This document shows, piece by piece, positions 39,536 to 48,100 of a stretch of DNA of 64,000 nt (positions are counted from its first letter, which is position 1; each line of letters begins with the position of its first letter). The stretch lies in IMG/VR virus record IMGVR_UViG_3300045988_176782, positions 96,001 through 160,000 of that record; one strand, written 5' to 3'. A program made the translations under genes and the position numbers. The DNA is from a virus. Under the pieces are notes generated by a model, which was given only the letters and a program-made list of their open reading frames with translations, searched no databases and had not been told where the DNA came from.

Positions 39536-39967
39536 ATGAATAAACGCGATACGCATATGTTTGAGTTGGCAAAATCGGAGAGCTTGTTGTCGGATTATAA
39601 GGGTTATAGTAATGTAAAAATTGGTTGTGTTGTAAGTTATAATGGCTCCATTATCGCACGAGGCCACAACACCGATAAGACCTCAACAATTCAATCTCGT
39701 TACAACTGTTTAAGATACGCTGAAAGTCCTACCCGATATTTTGCCGCAAAGGGACACGCGGAAATTCTTGCTCTTACTAAAATTAAGTATTTAGATATTG
39801 ATTTTTCTAAAGTAAAGGTATTTGTATACCGAGAAACTAAAAATGGAAAGCCAGCTATGGCGCGACCTTGTCCTTCGTGTATGGGTTTTATTAAAGAATT
39901 GGGCATTAAAAAGATTTACTACACTACTGATTGTGGCTTTGCCTATGAAGAGCTTAAATATGATTGA
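39536..39967 (+). CDS. dCMP/cytidine deaminase family protein
   Basis: ORF track frame 39518..; HAEILAL and PCPSCMGFI zinc motifs. Confidence 0.85.
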   Translation: MNKRDTHMFELAKSESLLSDYKGYSNVKIGCVVSYNGSIIARGHNTDKTSTIQSRYNCLRYAESPTRYFAAKGHAEILALTKIKYLDIDFSKVKVFVYRETKNGKPAMARPCPSCMGFIKELGIKKIYYTTDCGFAYEELKYD

Positions 39968-40322
39968 TAGAGAAGATTTTAAAAATTATATTGATGGATT
40001 AGAAAGATATTATCGCAAAACAGAACCAGTTCTTGACTTACTGCGCAACACAGAAGATTTTGATGAACTATATTCTTCTGCCATTCAGTTACTGGCTCAA
40101 TTGGTGGCATATGGTTCTTCCATTAATCCTAAATGGGTTTTAGATGATTTAGAGTATTTTATCTACGAATTAGATTACGGTCGAGAGTATGAGCCGGGCA
40201 TGATTACAGACGAACAATATCCAGGCAATATTGTTGATTTTTCCGATGCTGACCATTTATATGACTATTTAGTTTGGAGAGAACAAAATGCAAGTCTTTA
40301 TATCCCTTCCAATGAAAGATAA
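39960..40322 (+). CDS. hypothetical protein
   Basis: ORF track frame 39822..; ATG 39960 overlaps the deaminase stop. Confidence 0.55.
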   Translation: MIDREDFKNYIDGLERYYRKTEPVLDLLRNTEDFDELYSSAIQLLAQLVAYGSSINPKWVLDDLEYFIYELDYGREYEPGMITDEQYPGNIVDFSDADHLYDYLVWREQNASLYIPSNER

Positions 40323-40587
40323 AACGGAAGAAGAAATTAAAAATAATTTAAAAAATGCATTAGAAGAAGTGCGCTCTCTTACTTCTTCTTCTATGGAGCT
40401 ATTAGATACTTATATTAATTTAGGGCCAGAAGCAGACGGCTTTGATTATATTGCAGAAAGCATTAAACTTATGAAAAAGGCAGATGCAATATATTTTTAT
40501 GATAATTGGAAAGAAAGCAAGGGCTGTTTAATTGAACGAGTAGTTGCGGAACTTTATTGTCCAGATAAAATTATTCAAAAAAAATAA
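40288..40587 (+). CDS. DUF4406-like protein (nucleoside deoxyribosyltransferase-like fold)
   Basis: ORF track; ADAIYFYDNWKESKGCLIE motif (recalled). Confidence 0.5.
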   Translation: MQVFISLPMKDKTEEEIKNNLKNALEEVRSLTSSSMELLDTYINLGPEADGFDYIAESIKLMKKADAIYFYDNWKESKGCLIERVVAELYCPDKIIQKK

Positions 40588-40605
40588 GAGGGCCGAAGCC
40601 CTCTT
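40586..40605. terminator. bidirectional intrinsic terminator between convergent genes
   Basis: AAGAGGGC-CGAA-GCCCTCTT flanked by A-run and T-run. Confidence 0.8.
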
Positions 40606-40606
40606 A

Positions 40607-40897
40607 TTAAAGTTTTTCTATTCTATGAATTAGTGAATTTTTCCAGTCTTCTAATTCTTCAAGTGCAATAGATGCAATAGAATCTGGTTCTTCTTTTGTT
40701 TTTTCCATAATTGCTTCAATTACAGCCTTTGTTTCTTTATAGTCTTTAGTTAGTCTGCCCGCTGCAGTTGTTATAAAGAACTTCATAATATCAGCCATTT
40801 CTGGTTCATTTTTTAGTTCTTCTGCATAATCTAATAACATAGCCGCGTCTTTAGTGTGGTCATTTAATATTTTATACAAATGTCCTAAAACTTTCAT
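40607..40897 (-). CDS. hypothetical helical protein
   Basis: ORF track. Confidence 0.6.
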   Translation of the reverse strand: MKVLGHLYKILNDHTKDAAMLLDYAEELKNEPEMADIMKFFITTAAGRLTKDYKETKAVIEAIMEKTKEEPDSIASIALEELEDWKNSLIHRIEKL

Positions 40898-41325
40898 AAT
40901 TGTGCCCTCACTCTATAAACAGTTAATGCAGCATTAGTATATGTCGCAGCCAAGCCAGTATTTACAACTGTGAGAGTCTTTGGCATATTATTAGAAACAG
41001 CGCAGCAATTAGGCTGAACTTTAACTAAGGTAGCAAAAGAAAGATTTCCAATATCTGTTGCGGCGGTAGAATAAAATGTTGCCTCTGCTCCAGGATAAAC
41101 CGTGCCATCAACTTCTAATTGAGCAGTAACGTTGCCAGCAGTAGAGCCTGTTATGGCAGCATCAGCGTTAAAAATTACAAGATAATAGCCAGTTCCAGTT
41201 AAAGCAGTAGATGCGCTACCAGCAGTATGACGAACAAACTGACAAGCAGAAATAGCAGTATTATTGAAAGTTAGGGTTTCATTAACTGCAACTGCTTGGG
41301 AGGTATTGGTGTAGGTATTTAACAT
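40894..41325 (-). CDS. jelly-roll protein (BclA C-terminal / C1q-like?)
   Basis: ORF track; the pattern GYYLVIFNADA...AQLEVDGTVYPGAE...LTVVNTG...NAALTVYRV resembles BclA-CTD/C1q folds (recalled). Confidence 0.55.
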   Translation of the reverse strand: MLNTYTNTSQAVAVNETLTFNNTAISACQFVRHTAGSASTALTGTGYYLVIFNADAAITGSTAGNVTAQLEVDGTVYPGAEATFYSTAATDIGNLSFATLVKVQPNCCAVSNNMPKTLTVVNTGLAATYTNAALTVYRVRAQL

Positions 41326-41339
41326 TTTACCTCACCTCG

Positions 41340-42107
41340 TTAACCATTATAAGTATTATAGGTTCCACCGCAGCCGCCTTGAGAGTTGCATACACCGTAA
41401 GAAGGAATTGCACGAGGTTTAAGGATATTAACAAGATACTGAGTTTGGTTATATTGACTGATTTGGTTATTAGCTTCAACAAGGTCACGGTCACGGTCAG
41501 CAAGACGGTCGCGCAGGTCTTGGATAGTGTTTTGAGTAATTAAGCCACGAGTAAGTTCGCCTTCTTGGTGAATTGCGGTAGTAATTTCACAAGTATTGCG
41601 ATAGTCTTCGGCGGCGAGGTTAGAGATTAGCTGTTTATTTTCACAGCAGCATTGAGCCTGTTGCGCGGCGAGCTGAGCAATAGAGCCTTGAATGCCATTA
41701 AAGCCAGAACATAAATCACGGCCAACTTGATTAAAGCCTTGTAGGCTAGCAATGTTAGCACTATTAAAGCCTTGAAGCATATTGGTATTGGTGGTATTAA
41801 AGCTCTGGAGATTGCTGGTATTTACAGTGCTAAAGCCTTGGCACAGAGACTGTGCGATGTCATTTAGCTGATTGTCTAAAGACTGATAGTTTAGGCCATC
41901 ATACAGTTCTCCGCGAGTTAACGCGCCTTGAAGTGCGGCGTTTCCGTCGCCCCAGCCATTTCCAAACATACGGAAAGCATACATCCAAATAAGATAAACG
42001 AAAGGGTTATTCCAGAGTCCATTCATACCGTAATCATCGCAATTACGATTTCCCATCATTGCTGCGATGTCAGCAGGAGACATACCGTTTTCTAACATAT
42101 AGAACAC
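41340..42107 (-). CDS. Asn/Gln-rich repeat protein with Cys cluster
   Basis: ORF track; repeats LQ[GS]FN..N; CCC motif; C-terminal CNSQGGCGG. Confidence 0.6.
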   Translation of the reverse strand: MFYMLENGMSPADIAAMMGNRNCDDYGMNGLWNNPFVYLIWMYAFRMFGNGWGDGNAALQGALTRGELYDGLNYQSLDNQLNDIAQSLCQGFSTVNTSNLQSFNTTNTNMLQGFNSANIASLQGFNQVGRDLCSGFNGIQGSIAQLAAQQAQCCCENKQLISNLAAEDYRNTCEITTAIHQEGELTRGLITQNTIQDLRDRLADRDRDLVEANNQISQYNQTQYLVNILKPRAIPSYGVCNSQGGCGGTYNTYNG

Positions 42108-42120
42108 CTCTTATAATATA

Positions 42121-42339
42121 TTAAAAGCCTGAGCGTAAGCTATTAATGAAACTCATACCTTGATTAATTTCTTCCTCACTAATTCCTTGCGCACGAGCTT
42201 GCTATTGAAGTTGGGATAACATATTATTGTTCAGTTTGGGAAGCCAAGCTTTAAATTGTTCTGGATTTATTTTAGGTTTCCCATTCTGTGGGAGTTGGTT
42301 TGCGGGCACTGGCATTGGATATTGGCTATACTGCATCAT
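42121..42339 (-). CDS. small protein (1 in-frame TAG)
   Basis: AGGAGG SD, ATGATG at 42339; TAG at 42204..42202; TAA at 42123..42121; 73 codons. Confidence 0.55.
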
Positions 42340-42691
42340 TATTATTATTGCCTCCTAATAAAGTTTTTAACTTCTGTTCCAGCGCATTAACGCGAGCTTC
42401 TAAGTCAGAAGTTTCATTGTTGGTAGTTTGTGTTTGTGTTTGTGTTTGCGGTCCTTCATTGTAGGGCGCAATTCTGTATGCTAAAAAGCTTGGAACGCCA
42501 TTCTACATGGATTTAATATAAAGTAAGTTTTCACCTAAACAAAGTGCTAATGTGATTCCTGCACCGGCGGGAATATTCGCAACCTCAAGACTATTTTGGA
42601 TTACATATACATTTCCATTAGGTTGCGGGAACATTGGTTGTTGCTATGGAGCATAATAGGGTGCGTTATTGCCAACATAAGGATAACCCAT
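42272..42691 (-). CDS. small protein (2-3 in-frame TAG; 3' end ambiguous)
   Basis: GGGAGG SD, ATG 42691; TAG at 42646..42644 and 42505..42503; a third TAG at 42328..42326 coincides with the next gene start; first TAA ends at 42272. Confidence 0.5.
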
Positions 42692-42824
42692 TATACCACC
42701 TCCCTTCATAGTATAAGTGAAAATAACGATGGGAAAACAAAAACTAATGATAAAATCGCATATTACATTAAAATATCTGAAATTATTACAAAATTATTGT
42801 AAATATGAAGATTTTGTAATAAAT

Positions 42825-42853
42825 TTGATTTATTTAAAATTTTTATCTATAAT
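42825..42853 (+). promoter_or_regulatory. sigma70/SigA-type promoter
   Basis: TTGATT-17-TATAAT. Confidence 0.6.
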
Positions 42854-42886
42854 ATCAATATTAGAAATACGCGAGGTGAAATTTAT

Positions 42887-43228
42887 ATGGTGACGCGAGC
42901 AATTTTAGTATGGCCCAATGATAGTGGTATTACAAGTACAAAATCACGAATATTTGACCATTCAGACCCAGAAAACTTTTCATATAGTGCGGCTTTGGTG
43001 GCTTTTGTTTTAACTCGTAAAAAGGATATTAAAGGTGGCACGATGTTTTTAGATGATGCGCCTTCTTTTGAAGGGGCAAAAGCGATTGTTGAGGCTGAAC
43101 TTAAAAAAGTTGTTTATGCCAAGCAGGCGCTAACAGCAGATCAAATTTCTGCAATTCAACTTTTAGAACAATTTGGAATTGAAACTTATTACAATCCCGG
43201 AATTGTGTTAGCAGGAGAGGAATTATAA
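42887..43228 (+). CDS. hypothetical protein
   Basis: ORF track; GAGGTG SD. Confidence 0.55.
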   Translation: MVTRAILVWPNDSGITSTKSRIFDHSDPENFSYSAALVAFVLTRKKDIKGGTMFLDDAPSFEGAKAIVEAELKKVVYAKQALTADQISAIQLLEQFGIETYYNPGIVLAGEEL

Positions 43229-43656
43229 TGGATTATCAACAAATTATTATTCTTGTTATTGGTGCGCTCTTTTTGGGCGGTTTAGGTGTTTGTTTTTATT
43301 TAGGGAAGGATTATTTAAAGTATCATAATATCTTTGCCCCTGTTCTTAAAGGTTTAGTTTCTGCCGCAAAAGCTTTAAGCGGCGCTGTTCCTGATAACCA
43401 GACTTTAAAAATCATTGCTTTTGTTATGAATGCAGCACTGGATGGCGCGCAAAGGGCGGAAGAACTGTGGCTAAATGGTGAGCTTGATAAAGAACAGCGT
43501 AATCATTATGCAAAACTTTATATTGCTGATATGTTGGAAAAGGCTGGTATTGACGTTAATGATAATATAAGTGCAATGATTGATGGTTTTATCGCAGTTG
43601 CTTGTGCAATTTTCCCACACGGTCAGACACCAAAGACCAAAGAAGAAGAAAAGTAA
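43228..43656 (+). CDS. holin-like membrane protein (LL-H-type?)
   Basis: ORF track; one N-terminal TM helix then an amphipathic region; sits at the head of the lysis cassette. Confidence 0.55.
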   Translation: MDYQQIIILVIGALFLGGLGVCFYLGKDYLKYHNIFAPVLKGLVSAAKALSGAVPDNQTLKIIAFVMNAALDGAQRAEELWLNGELDKEQRNHYAKLYIADMLEKAGIDVNDNISAMIDGFIAVACAIFPHGQTPKTKEEEK

Positions 43657-43683
43657 GAGGCATTAGTGCCTCTTATTTTTTTT
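43655..43683 (+). terminator. intrinsic terminator
   Basis: AAGAGGCA-TTAG-TGCCTCTT then T-run. Confidence 0.85.
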
Positions 43684-43743
43684 ATAAAAAACCAAAGCAT
43701 AATAATTTTCTCTCTTCACTTACAAAATGAAGGAGGGATAAAT

Positions 43744-44397
43744 ATGTCTAAACAGCAAATCCCAATCAATGACCTTTTACAATATTTGGATGAACAAGAA
43801 GAAAATAATACTATTTCTTGTGGCTGGACAATTATTGATTATATTTATGGCCATTATAATTTATTAAGTAAAAGAAATATACACACTCCAACGGCCTGGA
43901 TTTTTTCTAACTGGTGTTTTGGAAACCATGGAACAATTTCAGAATACACTATCTTTATGCCCGGTATGTTAGTAAGAAAGCCAGGTTTATTTGGCGTTAT
44001 ACACGAAGGGAAAAATCTTCATAAACGAGAACAAACTTCCAATCTTTGGGTCTATTATACAGATACAAAATTTGGAACAATTCTTGATGTTCCTTTTTAC
44101 GCGCCGGAATGGGAACAATGGGGAACAATGAGCCAGATTTATGATTATTCTATTTATAAGCCTCAAAAGAATTTTTATATGTTAGGTAAGCGCAAACTCT
44201 CCATTGGAGACCATGGACTGGATGTTTTAATTTTGCAAATTGCACTTTTAAATTTTGGAGAATAGGTAAAGGTAAATGATGATTATGATTTTGCCACTAA
44301 AACCGCTATTGAAAATATTTAGAAGTGTTTTTCTTTACCTGTTAATGGTATTGTGGATATTGATGATAATTTATTATCTTACTTACATAAGGAGTAA
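43744..44397 (+). CDS. protein with C-terminal peptidoglycan-binding (PG_binding_1-like) domain (2 in-frame TAG)
   Basis: GGAGGG SD, ATG 43744; TAG 44263 and 44320; C-terminus GDHGLDVLILQIALLNFGE-TAG-VKVNDDYDFATKTAIENI-TAG-KCFSLPVNGIVD. Confidence 0.65.
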
Positions 44398-44399
44398 AT

Positions 44400-45032
44400 A
44401 TGAATATAACAGTTAAGTTATATAATGATAAAAATATTAAATTCTATGGCTCTAATCAAATTACAATAGATTTAGAGGAATATTTGGTTGGATGTGTCGC
44501 GGCAGAAATAGGAAATGCACCACTTGAAGCTTGTAAGTCTTAGGCTGTGGCAAGCAGAACTTTTGCTCTAAATGCAATTAAAAGTAAAGGTTATATCACA
44601 GATAAAAGTTCTTCTGACCAAGCTTTCAGAAGTGAGCGTTTAACGGGTTATCCTAATGTAATTTAGGCCGTTAAAGATACCGAAGGAGAAGTTTTATATT
44701 ACAATGATAAACTCGCTAAAGCCTATTACTCTGCTTCTAATGGCGGCTATATGATTAGTGCAAAAACACGATGGGGTGGCGACCTGCCTTATTCTGTAAG
44801 TGGCGTTGATAAATACGATGATGGTAAAGGCAATGGCCACGGAGTTTAGTTGAGTTAGATTGGCGCGAAAAATCGTGCAAAAGCCGGTTTTGAATATAAG
44901 TAGATTTTAAGTTTTTATTATCCTGGGACAAATATTCATAAAATTGAAGAACAATCATATGAAATTAAAATCCCAATAACTTCTGAATTATATAAAAATC
45001 TCTCAACTGCTGAGGTTGAAATGAGGAGGTGA
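44400..45032 (+). CDS. SpoIID/LytB-domain protein (5 in-frame TAG)
   Basis: ATG 44400; one open frame to TGA 45030 with TAG at 44541, 44664, 44847, 44856, 44901; motifs EACKS-x-AVASRTFAL and GHGV-x-LS-x-IGA. Confidence 0.8.
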
Positions 45033-45040
45033 TGCCTCTT

Positions 45041-45840
45041 ATGACTACAAACGAACAAAAAATTATAAATTGGGCAGAGTCCAAAGTCGGTTGTGGTTAT
45101 GTATCGTTTGGGGAGCAACAGGATATGTATTAACAAAAACGAAGTTGCAAGAGTTAATCGCTCAGTACCCTCAATATGTTTCTGAATCAAAAAATAGTAA
45201 GTATCTTGGAAAGGCTGTATATGATTGCGCGTCGCTGGTTCGTTATGCTATGAAACAAATTGGCATTTCTATGGTAAGCGGCGCAACCAGCCAATGGAAG
45301 AAAACCAAATGGGCTCGTAAAGGCACAATTGATTAGCTTCCTAAAGATTAGGTTGCTTGCCTGTATCGTTGGACAGGCTCAGTTATGCAACATACTGGCA
45401 TCTATCTTGGCAATGGCTATGTAATTGACGCCCGTGGTAGTAGTGCTGGAGTTATTAAGTCTAAGCTTTCTTCTTATCCTTGGACCCACTTTGGGCAGCC
45501 GCAAGGACTAATTAAAAAAAAACAAACTAACGAGGTGATAAGCGTGAATTATCAAGCAAAAGTAGTAGCAGACAGTGGCTCAACAGTTCGTATGCGTTCT
45601 GCTCCTTCTAAAGAAGCTAGTGTTTCTGCCACCATTGCTCTTGGGGCAATTGTTGATGTTGTTGAAGAAGCAGAAGGTTGGTGCGGCATTGTATATAATG
45701 GGCAGAAAGGCTATATGATGAGCCAATTCCTTGAAAAAACTAAAAGCGAGGAGGGGTTATATTATGTCCGAATTAAATGCGGAAGTCAAAGTGAAGCAGA
45801 ACAATTAGCAAACCTCTTACGACAAGCAACAACAAACTGA
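45041..45840 (+). CDS. NlpC/P60 endopeptidase with C-terminal SH3b (endolysin); needs a -1 frame change near 45107-45110; 2 in-frame TAG
   Basis: ATG 45041 gives MTTNEQKIINWAESKVGCGYV (frame 2), and the motif continues as WGATGYV in ORF 45070..45336 (frame 1); TAG 45334 and 45349 join ORF 45385..45840. Confidence 0.65.
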
Positions 45841-46150
45841 AGAAGGAAAGCATTTCTGGCGTAATTTGTTCGCACGAGCAAACGAATTTAGTAAAAAAAT
45901 TGCATTAATAGATACTTTTTCTTACATTGCTTTAATTATTTTGCTATTAATTATAATGTGGATTAGACCTGATTTGGCGATGTATTGTGTTCAAATTGTG
46001 CCTTATCTTACAACCACAGTAGTATCTTTGCGTCTTGCTTATGCGGGAAAAGCTTCTGTGGAAAACTGGAAGAAAATTTCTGCATCTGTTCAAACCCTTG
46101 ATACTTCCGCCGATTTTAACGCGGAAGCAAAGGACGAAGAAAATACTTAG
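45764..46150 (+). CDS. membrane protein (second holin-like candidate; 1 in-frame TAG)
   Basis: GAGGAGGGG SD, ATG 45764, TAG 45806, continues into ORF 45866..46150; two TM helices. Confidence 0.55.
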
Positions 46151-46158
46151 GGCTAAAA

Positions 46159-46188
46159 TTTGATTTTTTTAAAAATTTAATCTATAAT
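46159..46188 (+). promoter_or_regulatory. sigma70/SigA-type promoter
   Basis: TTGATT-18-TATAAT then a leader hairpin TTTACAAAG...CTTTGTAAA and a T-run. Confidence 0.6.
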
Positions 46189-46257
46189 ATATTTACAAAG
46201 TGAGGGAAGGAATTCTCTCCTTTGTAAATGTTTTTTTATGAAAGAAGGATATAATAT

Positions 46258-46557
46258 ATGAAGTATTATTCTGAACAACTATCTAAGTTCTATGACACTG
46301 CCGAAGCCTGTGAGGCCGCAGAAGTAGAAGCTAAGTCTGCTCAAGAAGCCAAGAAGGCGGCGGAAAATGATGCTAAGGCCCAATTACAGATTCAACAAGA
46401 TACTGTAAATGCAATTCGTGAGCAATATAATGCTCTTGGCAAGCACTATAATGAAGAATACACTAAGCTAAGTAAGATGCTAAGTGCCTATTCTCGTAAG
46501 TATGGCTATGTGCCTAAGGGTTTTAGTACCTTAGATATGTTGTTTGATTTGCTGTAA
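46258..46557 (+). CDS. coiled-coil protein
   Basis: ORF track; GAAGGA SD; CTA/AAG-rich codon style. Confidence 0.6.
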   Translation: MKYYSEQLSKFYDTAEACEAAEVEAKSAQEAKKAAENDAKAQLQIQQDTVNAIREQYNALGKHYNEEYTKLSKMLSAYSRKYGYVPKGFSTLDMLFDLL

Positions 46558-46579
46558 GAAAATTTTATAGAATTAAATT

Positions 46580-46608
46580 TTGACAAAAATAAAAATTTAA
46601 TCTATAAT
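46580..46608 (+). promoter_or_regulatory. sigma70/SigA-type promoter driving the suppressor-tRNA transcript
   Basis: TTGACA-17-TATAAT then ATATACAGAAAGTGAGAG. Confidence 0.7.
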
Positions 46609-46741
46609 ATATACAGAAAGTGAGAGAGAAATCTTTCACCAGACTGGCGATAGGAGTGGTGCTTATGAAACACGCTTTTACTCTGACTGGAGATAAAACT
46701 CCACCTCGCTATAAAGGGGAGAAGTAATTCTCCCCATACGA

Positions 46742-46831
46742 TGGCCCTTAGTTGAATGGTGACAACAGCTGACTCTAAATCAGTAAGTGGGGTTGACCCC
46801 GCAGGTCTTGGTTCGAATCCAAGAGGGCTAA
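46742..46831 (+). tRNA. suppressor tRNA, anticodon CTA (reads UAG)
   Basis: Hand fold: acceptor TGGCCCT/AGGGCTA (U1:A72, G2:U71), D arm GTTG-AATGGTGA-CAAC, anticodon arm GCTGA-CTCTAAA-TCAGT, 22-nt variable arm with GGGG/CCCC stem, T arm CTTGG-TTCGAAT-CCAAG; no encoded CCA. Confidence 0.8.
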
Positions 46832-46978
46832 GGTATCAAATGGTCTGCCTTCTCGTGGCGATACTGACTGAAATAACGAAAGGCCTTTACAATGAAAGGG
46901 AGCATTAGAGTAATTAACTAATGAGTAATGTGCCCCATACACAAGCTTTCATATTGTTTATAATATGGGGTGAATTTT

Positions 46979-47815
46979 ATGGGATATATTTATAAAATTA
47001 CTAATGATATTAATGGAAAAGTTTATATTGGTAAAACATTAAATACGGTTGAAGCAAGATGGAAAGAACATTGTTATGATAAAGACCGGAGAAAAGTAGA
47101 AAATCGTCCGCTTTATTAGGCAATGAATAAATATGGTCTTCAGCATTTTTCTATTGAGACTGTAGAAGAATGTAAAACTAATTTAGAAGAACGAGAAGTT
47201 TATTGGATTAAATATTATAATTCTTATATTGGTTGGCCAAATAGCAATGGTTATAACGCTACTTTAGGTGGAGATGGAAAACAATATATTAATTATGATA
47301 TGATTCGTGAATTAGCAAATACAGAAAAAACTTAGGTTGAAATTGCTGCTATTGTTGGATGTAATGTTGATACTGTGGCAAAAGTTTATTTATAGGATAA
47401 TCAAGAAAATTATAATTATAATAAACGGATTAGTATCGCTGTTTATCAGAAAGATAAAGATGGTAATATTATTGCAGAGTATCCAACAATAAAATCCGCC
47501 GCAGAAGCAACCTTAACTAGTCCAAGTCATATTGGACAATGTTGTGCTGGGAAACGAAAAACTTGTGGTGGTTATTATTGGGAATATGTTAATACTAAAG
47601 AAGGTTAGACACGGCGAGCAATTAGTAATTAGCCTAAAGTAAATATCCCGCGTGAAATATTAAAATCATTAATAAGAGAACATCCTATGGAAGAAATTGG
47701 CCGTATATATGAATGTTCTGCAGCATCAATTAGACGATGTTGCGAACGGCTAAATCTTCCACGAACTAAAAAAGAAATCAATTCTTATTCTGATGAAGAA
47801 TGGTTTAAAATATAA
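46979..47815 (+). mobile_element. free-standing GIY-YIG homing endonuclease gene (5 in-frame TAG)
   Basis: MGYIYKITNDINGKVYIGKT...RWKEH...YWIKYYNS (GIY-YIG motifs); TAG 47117, 47333 and three more join the frame to TAA 47813; C-terminal HTH-like region. Confidence 0.8.
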
Positions 47816-47888
47816 AGTTGTTATGGTGTGAAAATCCAACCCATCAAGCCTCTTAATAATGCTCAAACCGATGGGAGTTTCATAGCTT

Positions 47889-47958
47889 AAGACGCATACA
47901 GCCAATTATTAATGTAAGTTTTTATTAGAAATAAAATAATACAAATAATTCGCGTCTT
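47889..47958 (+). repeat. hairpin-family element c
   Basis: AAGACGC ... GCGTCTT closing stem; 5' box CATACAGCCAA. Confidence 0.6.
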
Positions 47959-47986
47959 GTATTCATTTTCTTCTTTTCTTTTTTAA

Positions 47987-48050
47987 AAGACATATACAGC
48001 AAAAGATTTTACATCGCATAATAGTTGGCTGATTACCTACAATGTGTCTT
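47987..48050 (+). repeat. hairpin-family element h
   Basis: AAGACA ... TGTCTT closing stem; 5' box ATATACAGCAAAA. Confidence 0.55.
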
Positions 48051-48059
48051 GAAAAAAAT

Positions 48060-48088
48060 TTGACAAAAATAAAAAATTAAATTATAAT
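48060..48088 (+). promoter_or_regulatory. sigma70/SigA-type promoter driving the ~600-nt RNA
   Basis: TTGACA-17-TATAAT. Confidence 0.7.
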
Positions 48089-48100
48089 AAATCCATAATA

